Part shown: positions 1 through 8,921 of the stretch, piece by piece | How the letters are laid out: every line of letters starts with the position of its first letter | Numbering within the stretch: the stretch's first letter is position 1 | Source: a bacterium | GTDB taxonomy: Bacteria > Bdellovibrionota_C > UBA2361 > CALJRW01 | NCBI GenBank assembly: GCA_031385045.1 | Contig: JANNBC010000048.1 | Span: 32,001 to 96,000 of the forward strand | Length of the DNA: 64,000 bases | Reading direction: 5' to 3' | Position numbers and translations under genes: made by a program | The notes under the pieces: generated by a model | The model's database searches: none | Told to the model about the DNA's origin: nothing | What the model saw: only the letters and a program-made list of their open reading frames with translations

Positions 1-1112
1 CAGCAGAGCCCTTTGATAAGAAAAACTTTAAAAACTACCTTGATAATATCCAAACACTATTAGAGAAAATCAACTTTAAGAAGATTCCAGGTTTTAATGG
101 AACTCAGAAAGCCTGTGTATTACTAAAGGTCTTAAACGAGCAAGCAAAAAAATATAATTTCAAAGGCATTACTGAGATGCTAAAAGGTAGTGAAAAACTA
201 CCTGATCTAAAAAACTTAATTAAGCCACTAAATGACTTAGATTCCCTAAGCAACATTGAACAATATCTACTAAGTGATGAAGAAGTCAGTAAAGAAGAAC
301 AAGGTATGATTGCTGGAGGTTGTGGTAAAAATCTCCATCTCGGACTAGAGCATACCAGGAGCGTTACTCATAAATTAATGAGTACTGAGATCATGCAAAG
401 AATCGCTGCCGTCTCTGGAATCCTAAAAGGATTTAATCAATTAAAACCTACAACGATTGATCCAAAATCTATTAGCCAATTTCAAACAGAAAAAAAGCAT
501 TATCCAATTCAGAATTTGTCCCAACTAGCAAAGCTAGATCCGCGCTCTTGGGCGCTGTACCTCGAAGACCCCAGTCTTTTCTGGCATAGCGTTACAAATC
601 ACGAATTAATGATTCGCGAAGCAAAGAATGATCGAACTAATGACAGCAAGCAATTACTCTATATGCTAATTGACTCCTCCGGATCCATGGATTCAGTCAG
701 TCGAATTGGAACGGCCTTAGCTGTATTACTTAATCGATTGGAGGCTGTCTGTGAAGGAAAAGCAGAATTGTTTTATCGTTTTTTTGATGCTCATGCTTAT
801 CAGGAGTATCATACTTTAAATTTTAAAGATGCCAAGGAAGCACTTAAACGCGTAAAAAATAAAAACTTTTCTGGCGGGAGTACCTCGATTGACAATGCCC
901 TACGAACTAGCGTTGATCGAATTGTAAGTTTAACTTCTAAAGAAAAGCTAGAAAAACCTGAGATTGCAATTGTAACCGACGGAGAAGATGAAGTTAGCTT
1001 TAGCAAAAGCGATCTTAAAGGATGTATCTTACATTGTTTCTTTTGTGGTGGCTCTAATTCAAAATTGGAACAATTAGCAAAACAATCAGGTGGTGTGGTA
1101 ATCAAATTATAA
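1..1112 (+). CDS. VWA-domain protein (ViaA/CoxE-like), 5' truncated by the window edge
   Basis: Frame is open from position 3 (AEPFDKKNFK...) into ORF 177..1112. MIDAS motif LIDSSGSM, plus GGST and IVTDGED. Confidence 0.8.
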   Translation, partial: AEPFDKKNFKNYLDNIQTLLEKINFKKIPGFNGTQKACVLLKVLNEQAKKYNFKGITEMLKGSEKLPDLKNLIKPLNDLDSLSNIEQYLLSDEEVSKEEQGMIAGGCGKNLHLGLEHTRSVTHKLMSTEIMQRIAAVSGILKGFNQLKPTTIDPKSISQFQTEKKHYPIQNLSQLAKLDPRSWALYLEDPSLFWHSVTNHELMIREAKNDRTNDSKQLLYMLIDSSGSMDSVSRIGTALAVLLNRLEAVCEGKAELFYRFFDAHAYQEYHTLNFKDAKEALKRVKNKNFSGGSTSIDNALRTSVDRIVSLTSKEKLEKPEIAIVTDGEDEVSFSKSDLKGCILHCFFCGGSNSKLEQLAKQSGGVVIKL

Positions 1113-1120
1113 GGATACAA

Positions 1121-1453
1121 ATGGAAATATATATTGACCCTCAAACAGAACTCTTACAAGCAATCCAAGGGTATGGTTGTGTTGTTGGGCTGCCCTCCTC
1201 TAATTCCGATCATCTTTTGGGATCACTTCCAAAGATTACAAGACTACTAGCAAGCTACGAAAACAATCAAGATCCACAATTAGTTAGCTTTGCACTCCAA
1301 GCCTTAAAAACGCTGACGGCAATTAACCAACGAGAAAGTATTAATGGAACAGAAATTGAGCGTAGAGATCCAGATCGGTTTTCATATTTAACACTTGTAG
1401 CTCAAGAGGAGTTGGCAACCTTAAGAGGAATGATTCTCTGTAGCACAGAATAA
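1121..1453 (+). CDS. hypothetical protein (110 aa)
   Basis: ORF starts 8 bp after the VWA gene with an AAGGA RBS. No recognisable motif. Confidence 0.65.
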   Translation: MEIYIDPQTELLQAIQGYGCVVGLPSSNSDHLLGSLPKITRLLASYENNQDPQLVSFALQALKTLTAINQRESINGTEIERRDPDRFSYLTLVAQEELATLRGMILCSTE

Positions 1454-1617
1454 AATATTGATTATTGTTAAACTCCAACTTAAAAACTCCTCCGTCAAGT
1501 GTCTGAAATGTTAGAAATAGCTCTGATTAAAGTACTTTGAGTATGCACAAATTGAATGCTTCGAGACAGCAACCAACAATACTAATAAAATAGCTTCAGA
1601 GGTTTTTGCATTATAAA

Positions 1618-2247
1618 TTAGGAAATAGGAATAAGGGGTGTCAGAATTGGACATGATGGAGGAGGAATAGCGCGAGCACCGCCTCTTTCATCATAATAAG
1701 AATATGGAGTTCCTGTACCTTGATAACTACCTCCAGAGGCAAATTTTGCCGAATAAAAAATATTCTGTAAATATCTGGCGTCATTCGTTGTTACTCCACC
1801 CCTTCTCACCTCAATATTTTTAAATGAACCTTCGGAATGTGAAGTTAAAAGCATAAAAATGGAAGTGTTACCACAAGCTCTTAAATTAACCTTAGGATCA
1901 TGATTAAATCCAGGCAAAGGTTGATCTCTCCATGATAAAGTTCCATTTATTAATGACTGCTTATGAGATACTAACACATCAAGAGTCGACAGCCCTGAAC
2001 CGTAGGCAAATGAGAAGTTATAAGATGTATTATCAATACTATCAGCCATTAATGCCTCAAAAGAAGTACGGGCTTGAACAAGCTGTGTCATACCAGTCAA
2101 ATCGTTTGTTCGCTCACGATACTCTTGAAACTGTGAAAGTGCCATGGAACTCATAACCCCAACAATAGCGATAGTTACCGTCAGTTCCACAAGAGTGAAT
2201 GCCTGACTTTGTCTCAGCTTCAATTCTAAATTAATAACCCAATTCAT
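1618..2247 (-). CDS. type IV pilin-like protein (prepilin N-terminal cleavage/methylation motif)
   Basis: QAFTLVELTVTIAIVGVMSSMAL is a class III signal with E5. True start may be a few codons downstream. Confidence 0.85.
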   Translation of the reverse strand: MNWVINLELKLRQSQAFTLVELTVTIAIVGVMSSMALSQFQEYRERTNDLTGMTQLVQARTSFEALMADSIDNTSYNFSFAYGSGLSTLDVLVSHKQSLINGTLSWRDQPLPGFNHDPKVNLRACGNTSIFMLLTSHSEGSFKNIEVRRGGVTTNDARYLQNIFYSAKFASGGSYQGTGTPYSYYDERGGARAIPPPSCPILTPLIPIS

Positions 2248-2256
2248 CGTTAAATT

Positions 2257-2284
2257 CTATCGTAGATTAATCAAAAAAACTTTA
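2257..2284 (-). promoter_or_regulatory. putative sigma28 (FliA)-like promoter
   Basis: Minus strand reads TAAA-N16-TACGATAG just upstream of the pilin gene. Enteric consensus is TAAA-N15-GCCGATAA. Confidence 0.35.
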
Positions 2285-2384
2285 GATAAATGGAGTATTT
2301 TTAATAAAATTAGCGGATTTTTTTAAACAAGAAAGATAACTAGTAATAATTTGAGGGCAGATAAGTCTTATGACAACCTGTACT

Positions 2385-3680
2385 TTAAATTTCCCCAGTA
2401 ACACGAATCATAGCAGCATTGGAATGAGCGACTAGCCCCTCAGCCTCAGCCATTATTGATACTACTGCTGCGAGATCCTGAATCCCCTCTTTTGTGATTT
2501 CTTGATAAGTAATTTTTCTAGTAAAGCTTCCAAGATTTACTCCACTCCAAGCACGGGCAGCAAAGTTAGTAGGTAGAGTATGATTAGTACCCGAGGCATA
2601 ATCACCTGCTGACTCGGGAGTATAGTTTCCAACAAAAACAGATCCAGCAGTAGTAATGAGATCTAAGTAATTCCTAGCATCTTCACTCGCAATAATTAAA
2701 TGCTCTGGGGCATAAAAATTAAGAAATTCAAAACAAGTCTTAACTTCAGATAAATAAATAATTCGGCTATTTTTTAGCGACGCCAATAAAAATTCCTGCC
2801 TGTCTAATTTTGAGGCTTGCGATTCCAATTCTTTTAAAACTTTAGGAATTAACAACTTGGAAGTTGTCACCATTACCACCTGACTATCTTTGCCATGTTC
2901 AATCTGGGAAAGAAAATCAGCAGCAATAAATTCAGGGTTACCAGTCTCATCAGCAAAAATTGCTAACTCAGTAGGCCCTGCTGGCAAATCAATTGCCACT
3001 CCTTCCTGAGCAACCATTTGTTTAGCGACATTGACATACTGATTCCCAGGTCCAAATATTTTATAGACCTGAGGAATACTCTCTGTGCCATAAGCCATTG
3101 CAGCAATCGCCTGTGCTCCACCAACTTGATAAATCTCGGTTACTCCGCAAAGATTTGCTGTGTAGAGAATAGCTGGGTGAATTTGTCCACCAGTTGGAGG
3201 AGTACATAAAACAATCTGTTCACAACCGGCAAGTTTAGCAGGGATTGCCAACATTAGAACTGTGGAAAAAAGTGGCGCGGTACCTCCTGGAATATAAATA
3301 CCTACTTTTTCAATCGGATGATCCTTTTGCCAGCAAGTAACTCCAGGCATTGTTTCAACTTCTACAACACTACTTTTTTGTGCTCGGTGAAATTTTTCAA
3401 TATTATTTTTAGCAATTTGAATTGCTGCTTTTAATTCCGAATTAATCAAATCAGTTGCCTGTTGAATTTGTGCTGATGAAACAGATAAACCACCTAATCT
3501 AACGTGATCAAATTTTTCCGTGAATTGTTTTAAGGAAGAGTCTCCGTTATTTTTAACGGCATCAAGAATTTCTCTGACTTTTATAAAGATTTCTTCCTGA
3601 GTTTTAACGGAACGAGTAGCAAGATTTTTCCACTCACTTTTATCAGGAGAAAGTAGAATTGCTAGTTCTTTAATGTTCAC
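2385..3680 (-). CDS. hisD: histidinol dehydrogenase
   Basis: Motifs [49 protein letters not shown] start overlaps the hemB stop. Confidence 0.96.
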   Translation of the reverse strand: MNIKELAILLSPDKSEWKNLATRSVKTQEEIFIKVREILDAVKNNGDSSLKQFTEKFDHVRLGGLSVSSAQIQQATDLINSELKAAIQIAKNNIEKFHRAQKSSVVEVETMPGVTCWQKDHPIEKVGIYIPGGTAPLFSTVLMLAIPAKLAGCEQIVLCTPPTGGQIHPAILYTANLCGVTEIYQVGGAQAIAAMAYGTESIPQVYKIFGPGNQYVNVAKQMVAQEGVAIDLPAGPTELAIFADETGNPEFIAADFLSQIEHGKDSQVVMVTTSKLLIPKVLKELESQASKLDRQEFLLASLKNSRIIYLSEVKTCFEFLNFYAPEHLIIASEDARNYLDLITTAGSVFVGNYTPESAGDYASGTNHTLPTNFAARAWSGVNLGSFTRKITYQEITKEGIQDLAAVVSIMAEAEGLVAHSNAAMIRVTGEI

Positions 3681-4657
3681 TGCTCTAACCAGTCAGGCAA
3701 GTCTTTAGCAAAATAAGTGATAATGAAATCAGCACCTGCCCGCTTTAAACAATAAAGACTCTCCAGGGCAACAGATTTTAAATCCAGCCAGCCATTTTGG
3801 GCAGCAGCATGAATCATGGCATATTCACCACTGACTTGATAAGCACCAACAGGTAAATTTGTCATTTGTTTTAAACCAGAAATGACATCCAGGTAATACA
3901 TTCCGGGCTTAACCATCAGCATATCAGCACCCTCATTAATATCCAGCTGTGCTTCGGTCTCCCACTCTGTGGCTCTTCTAAAATCCATCTGATAACCTTT
4001 GCGATTTCCAAAACTTGGAGCACCTTCAGCGGCTTCACGAAATGGCCCATACAAATTAGAAGCATATTTAATAGAGTAGCTAAGAATCGGAATATGATTA
4101 AAGCCAGCGCGATCTAAGCCAGCACGAATTGCAGCAACCATTCCATCCATCATCCCTGATGGAGCAATGATATCAGCACCATGCTGTGCCATTCCAATTG
4201 CCTGCTCTGCTAAAATTTCTAAAGTCTTTTCATTATCAACAGTGATTTCCGGATCAGCACTTAAGACTCCGCAATGTCCGTGACTGGTATATTCGCAATA
4301 ACACAAGTCAGCAGTAATCAGCACATCTAACTTTGCCTCGCGAACCATTTTAGTAAGTTTATTGACCGGATTATCAGCACGACAGGCAATGCTTCCAATC
4401 GGATCTTTATGTTCAGCTTCAATCACTCCAAAAAACATGAAGTTCTTAAGGCCCTTCTTCGATAGACGGGAGATTTCTTCTAATGCTAAATCAGGAGATA
4501 ATTGAAAAATGCCGGGCATTGATGAAATCGGCTTGCGAAAAGCTGTGCCGTTTTTTACAAAGACAGGATAAATAAAATGATTCAGATCTAATTGCAGATC
4601 AGCAACAAAGTTACGAAGCAAAGCTCCGCGACGCAGACGTCTAGGTTCCAGACTCAT
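3677..4657 (-). CDS. hemB: porphobilinogen synthase (Zn-type)
   Basis: Motifs DLCYCEYTSHGHCG, APSGMMDG, YGPFREA, MVKPG, AYQVSGEY. Confidence 0.97.
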   Translation of the reverse strand: MSLEPRRLRRGALLRNFVADLQLDLNHFIYPVFVKNGTAFRKPISSMPGIFQLSPDLALEEISRLSKKGLKNFMFFGVIEAEHKDPIGSIACRADNPVNKLTKMVREAKLDVLITADLCYCEYTSHGHCGVLSADPEITVDNEKTLEILAEQAIGMAQHGADIIAPSGMMDGMVAAIRAGLDRAGFNHIPILSYSIKYASNLYGPFREAAEGAPSFGNRKGYQMDFRRATEWETEAQLDINEGADMLMVKPGMYYLDVISGLKQMTNLPVGAYQVSGEYAMIHAAAQNGWLDLKSVALESLYCLKRAGADFIITYFAKDLPDWLEQ

Positions 4658-4672
4658 ATTAGTTCTCTATCT

Positions 4673-5926
4673 TTAGTAACGTTTAATTAAGACTGCTGCT
4701 GCCATAGCACCTGCAGCACAAACACTGATTACACCAGTTTTTAAATCTTTGCGCTTTAATTGATTAGCCAAGGAAATTATTAATCGTCCACCAGTAGCAG
4801 CAAACGGATGACCTAATGCTAATGATCCACCATTAAGGTTTAACTTCTCTACTGGAATCTTTCCAAGCTTCTTAAGTTCAGGGAATTTAGTCCAACCATT
4901 TTCCCAAACATCCATATTCGCAAGTACTTGAGCAGCAAATGCTTCATGAACTTCAAACAGATCAACCTGGTCAATCGTTAAATTATTTTTTTCAAATAAT
5001 TGATTTAAGGCTAATGCCGGTGCCATTAATAATCCATCATTAGGATTAATAGCTGCAAACTGAATGTCCTCAATAAATGCTATTGGCTCGCGCCCTAGTT
5101 GCTGAGCCTTTTCCTCGGATGCTAAGCAAAAGCAAGATGCACCATCAGTTAAAGCACTAGAATTTCCTGCAGTTAAAGTTCCCTGTTCACTGCGATCGAA
5201 TACTGGCTTAAGTGCGGATAACTTTTCTATAGTTGTATTGCCACGAATTAAATTATCAGCGGTAACTTTTCCAACGGCCTGAATTTCATCTTGAAACAAA
5301 TTAGCACTAACTGCTTTGCTAGCATTTAAGTGGCTACTAAGTGCCAAGCGATCTTGTGACTCACGACTAATTTTAAATTCTTTGGTAGTTAGCTCGCAAT
5401 GCTGTCCCATTGTTAGGCCTGTACTAGGTTCTTTTGGACTTGGTGCTTTTGGAAATAAAAAATTGGGGCGAAACGTGCTCAGTAATTTTGCTTTATCAGC
5501 AAAACTTTTAGCATAATTAAAATTTAAGAAAAAATCTTCCGACTGATTTGATAAAGTTAATGTCGGCTTCGACATAGCCTCAACTCCACCAGCTAAACCT
5601 AGGTTAACTCGACCGCTACGAATAGATTCACTAAGTACAGAGGCCGCAACTAAACCAGTAATGCAGTTATTGGAAACAAAATGAGCATTAGTTAAGTTAG
5701 ATAGCTTGGTTCGTAAGACAACTTCTCTCGCTAGATTTGGATAGCGTGGATTAAGAAGAACTGTTCCATAAACTAGTTCTTCAATTTGTTCGACAGGTAG
5801 GCCTAAAGCTTCGACAGTCCCTTCAACATTCATCTTTGCTAAATCAAGCAAAGATAAATCTTTAAAAGAAGTCCCCGCTTTTACAAACGGGGTTCTTCTT
5901 CCACCAAGGATGGCTACTTTTTTCAT
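4673..5926 (-). CDS. acetyl-CoA C-acyltransferase (thiolase, FadI-like)
   Basis: Catalytic Cys in NNCITG, plus HEAFAAQ, GHPFAATG and CAAG. Start set at ATG 5926 (MKKVAILGG); the ORF track extends to 5995. Confidence 0.9.
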   Translation of the reverse strand: MKKVAILGGRRTPFVKAGTSFKDLSLLDLAKMNVEGTVEALGLPVEQIEELVYGTVLLNPRYPNLAREVVLRTKLSNLTNAHFVSNNCITGLVAASVLSESIRSGRVNLGLAGGVEAMSKPTLTLSNQSEDFFLNFNYAKSFADKAKLLSTFRPNFLFPKAPSPKEPSTGLTMGQHCELTTKEFKISRESQDRLALSSHLNASKAVSANLFQDEIQAVGKVTADNLIRGNTTIEKLSALKPVFDRSEQGTLTAGNSSALTDGASCFCLASEEKAQQLGREPIAFIEDIQFAAINPNDGLLMAPALALNQLFEKNNLTIDQVDLFEVHEAFAAQVLANMDVWENGWTKFPELKKLGKIPVEKLNLNGGSLALGHPFAATGGRLIISLANQLKRKDLKTGVISVCAAGAMAAAVLIKRY

Positions 5927-5930
5927 GGAA

Positions 5931-6830
5931 CTATGCCTTTGCAGCAATGTTCTCACGAGCTTCTTCATAGATTCGCTCAGGGTGTGTGCGAACATCCCAA
6001 ACTAAACCTAACCAAGAAAGAACTTTAATTGTGTAATGACTGATATCAATTTCCCACCAGTACATTCCTTGACGCTCAGAACCTGGGTAACGATGGTGAT
6101 TATTATGCCAACCTTCACCTAAAGTAATTAGCGCCATTAACAAACTGTTCTTGCTAAATTCACCAGTGTTAAATCTTTGCTTACCAACGATATGACAAAA
6201 GGAGTTAATACAAAAAGTACCATGGTAGAGCAAAACTGTACTAATAAAAAATCCCCAAGCTAGCATCTGCAAACCATTAGTTCCAAGAGCCGGGTAATAT
6301 GCCTCTAAAAACATTCCTAAAAAGAATGTTCCAAACGCTAAGATAACTGGTGGCAAAAGGTTATACTTTTCTAACAGCACAAGCTCTGGAAACTTTAATA
6401 AATCCTTGACTTGATCCATCCGAGTCTCAGTAAACGCGGAGCAAAGAACCCAACCGACGTGAGCATAATAAATCCCACTGATAATCGGAGAGTGTACATC
6501 TTCTTCCGTATCAGAATGACGATGATGATGACGGTGGTGAGAGGCCCACCAAATTGGTCCCTTCTGAGCTGAAGTACAGCCTAGGAAAGCTAATACAAAC
6601 TGGAACCAACGACTCGTGGTGTAAGTGCGATGAGAGAAGTACCGATGATAAACACCAGTAATACCAAACATTCGCACAACATAAAGCGCAAAACAAACTG
6701 CAACAGCCACCCAACTAACACCTGTGAATAAGGCCAATATACAAGCAGCATGAACAGCCCAAAAAGCCCACTGCTTAATAGCATTAATTAATTCCGGACG
6801 ATCGCCAGGAGTAGCATCACCTTGAAACAT
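5931..6830 (-). CDS. acyl-CoA/fatty acid delta-9 desaturase
   Basis: His boxes HRYFSH, HRHHH and HNNHH, with transmembrane segments. Confidence 0.93.
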   Translation of the reverse strand: MFQGDATPGDRPELINAIKQWAFWAVHAACILALFTGVSWVAVAVCFALYVVRMFGITGVYHRYFSHRTYTTSRWFQFVLAFLGCTSAQKGPIWWASHHRHHHRHSDTEEDVHSPIISGIYYAHVGWVLCSAFTETRMDQVKDLLKFPELVLLEKYNLLPPVILAFGTFFLGMFLEAYYPALGTNGLQMLAWGFFISTVLLYHGTFCINSFCHIVGKQRFNTGEFSKNSLLMALITLGEGWHNNHHRYPGSERQGMYWWEIDISHYTIKVLSWLGLVWDVRTHPERIYEEARENIAAKA

Positions 6831-7147
6831 AGAATACTTTAAAAAATAAAGAGTTTGTGACTGAATAATTGGGACAGATATGTCACTGGAATTCAGACTG
6901 CCACATCAAGTCATCCTTACCAAAAGGATTGATTAACGTACTTAATTTAAGGATTTAAGCACTCTTGAGGAGCGTATGTAAACTAGCATATTTTAGCAAA
7001 CTAGACAATCTGATCAAATGACCGCAAGCTTTGGAGACTCGCAACTATTTGATCTAGAGGGAGTCCCTAAAGTTGGTTTAATACTATAAAAACTATCTGC
7101 GAAGATCAATAAATCTGAGATTACTTAGCCAAGAGAACAAAATGAGC

Positions 7148-8002
7148 CTAGGCTACAAATAATCCCAATTGCTGACTTTCATGCGTATAAACAGTCGGCA
7201 TTGCTAAGTGTGATGGACTTAATTTTTCAATCTCCTGACGTAATTCAACAGCAGCGCCTTTTCTTAGCCACATACCTAAATCATTTGTCACAAGGTGTTG
7301 TGCTAAGGGTGACATCATCTCCGTCTTACTGCCCGCACATCTAGCAAAGGAAGCTATATATACTCGATTACAGCTCTTCACTAATTGACGAGCAAACTTC
7401 TGTGCAGCTACTAAGCCACCGCGGTAAGGCAAAAGCGGGGCAACTTGTATTTCAACATCGAAGGTAAAATTCTTTAATGAATTAGCAGTTTTCAAACGGT
7501 CTAAAACATCTACTTTTGATGGAGAATAAATCTGCGCTAAATCTTGATCGCCAGATTCGATGATCATATTAATTGTCAGCAAATCTTTAATCGGCAATAA
7601 ACTACTTAATCCTAAAACTATTACGTCACTGTATGTTTGAATCACCAATTTACCGGGTCGATATTTTGCATATAATTCAAGGAATTTCTTAACAGTCTTG
7701 AACTTCTGTTCAAAATTAGAAAACGGATCGCTGTGATAACCAAGAATGAACAGTGCCTTTCCCTTTCGGCCACGCTCAGCATTCTCTCGAAATAAGTTTT
7801 CAATTTCTAATAATGAATCGCTATTAGCTAAGTAATGACAACGACGGATTGATTGAACACCTTCACCGAAACGAATTAATGCTGTTATGTTCCGATAATC
7901 TTCTTCTTGTCTAAGACTTAGCTTCTCATAGTAAATCCCTTCCTTACCAACATCGAAGGCATAAGCTAATTGATATGCTTTAGAATTTTTTTTACCTGTC
8001 AT
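7148..8002 (-). CDS. degenerate radical-SAM-fold protein (SplB/Rv2578c/PA0069-like) lacking CxxxCxxC, with C-terminal QLGLF
   Basis: SDPF, IQTYS, RLKTANSL and VAPLLP align with the family motifs TDPY, ITKS, RL.A...L and VAPIIP. Only one Cys is in the expected cluster region. Confidence 0.65.
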   Translation of the reverse strand: MTGKKNSKAYQLAYAFDVGKEGIYYEKLSLRQEEDYRNITALIRFGEGVQSIRRCHYLANSDSLLEIENLFRENAERGRKGKALFILGYHSDPFSNFEQKFKTVKKFLELYAKYRPGKLVIQTYSDVIVLGLSSLLPIKDLLTINMIIESGDQDLAQIYSPSKVDVLDRLKTANSLKNFTFDVEIQVAPLLPYRGGLVAAQKFARQLVKSCNRVYIASFARCAGSKTEMMSPLAQHLVTNDLGMWLRKGAAVELRQEIEKLSPSHLAMPTVYTHESQQLGLFVA

Positions 8003-8115
8003 TGCTGTCTCCCTATTTTAATAGTTAAAAGTGACTGTCTTTGCGAAATAACTTTTCCTAAGACAACCAACTAAAAACCCTTAGCTGAAAACCTAAAACC
8101 TTTATCGACAACTTG

Positions 8116-8136
8116 AAGTTTAAGTTGCTTAAACTT
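8116..8136. promoter_or_regulatory. perfect 9-bp inverted repeat, candidate operator
   Basis: AAGTTTAAG-TTG-CTTAAACTT in the divergent intergenic region. Confidence 0.35.
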
Positions 8137-8145
8137 ATGACGTCA

Positions 8146-8173
8146 TTATCGCAGAAAAGATGTAATTAATTTA
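8146..8173 (-). promoter_or_regulatory. putative sigma28-like promoter
   Basis: Minus strand reads TAAA-N16-TGCGATAA upstream of the radical-SAM-like gene. Confidence 0.35.
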
Positions 8174-8438
8174 AGTAATTTAAACTAAGCAAAAGCCAAT
8201 TCCCTTGCTTTATAAAAATACAAAGCTAAGTATTTGATTTGAAAAGGTAATTAGACGAGGTCGGGATAGAATTAAATAGAATGATCATTTCAATGAATAG
8301 CTTTACTCCTTTGTAGGTACCAAATCTGCGTATGAAAACCCTACTGGCTTTGGTCTAAAAGATTACACTATTTATCAATCTGTAATTTTATTATAAATTG
8401 ACCGTCAAAATAGTTAAATAATTTAAATAGTAGTAAAT

Positions 8439-8768
8439 ATGAGTGAACTTATAGTTGATATCCAAGACAGTTCTTTTGAGAACGACGTTTTAAATGCTGA
8501 CATTCCAGTTATGGTAGATTTTTGGGCACCATGGTGTCCTCCATGTAAAAGCTTAGCTCCTACTTTAGAAGTCGTTGCTAAGGAATATCAAGGTAAGATT
8601 AGAATCTTCAAAATGAATGTTGATGATAATCCGCACACTCCGAGTAAGTATAATGTGCGAAGCATACCTAATCTAATCTTTTTCCGCGAAGGTCAAGTAG
8701 TAGAACAGATTTTTGGCGCTGTGCAAAAGCAACAATTATCAGAAACTATTGATAAGGTACTGGCCTAG
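8439..8768 (+). CDS. trxA: thioredoxin
   Basis: VDFWAPWCPPCK, cis-Pro motif SIPNL, 109 aa. Confidence 0.93.
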   Translation: MSELIVDIQDSSFENDVLNADIPVMVDFWAPWCPPCKSLAPTLEVVAKEYQGKIRIFKMNVDDNPHTPSKYNVRSIPNLIFFREGQVVEQIFGAVQKQQLSETIDKVLA

Positions 8769-8921
8769 TCCACATTGATCTATAATCAACCGAGATTGTT
8801 AAAGTTTCTTGCTTAAAGCAATCTAAAGTCATATAATGTCTCTCCTTTACGGGGAGCATTATTTCTGCGCAACTAATCCTTCCACCGTAGCCTAGCAGAA
8901 CTTTTTTGGTTTTATAGATCA

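Noticed and set aside
7028..7073. Imperfect hairpin GCTTTGGAGACTC/GAGTCCCTAAAGT upstream of the desaturase
   Set aside because: Mismatched and single; cannot be distinguished from chance.
8529..8549. Thioredoxin WCPPC instead of WCGPC
   Set aside because: Known natural active-site variant.
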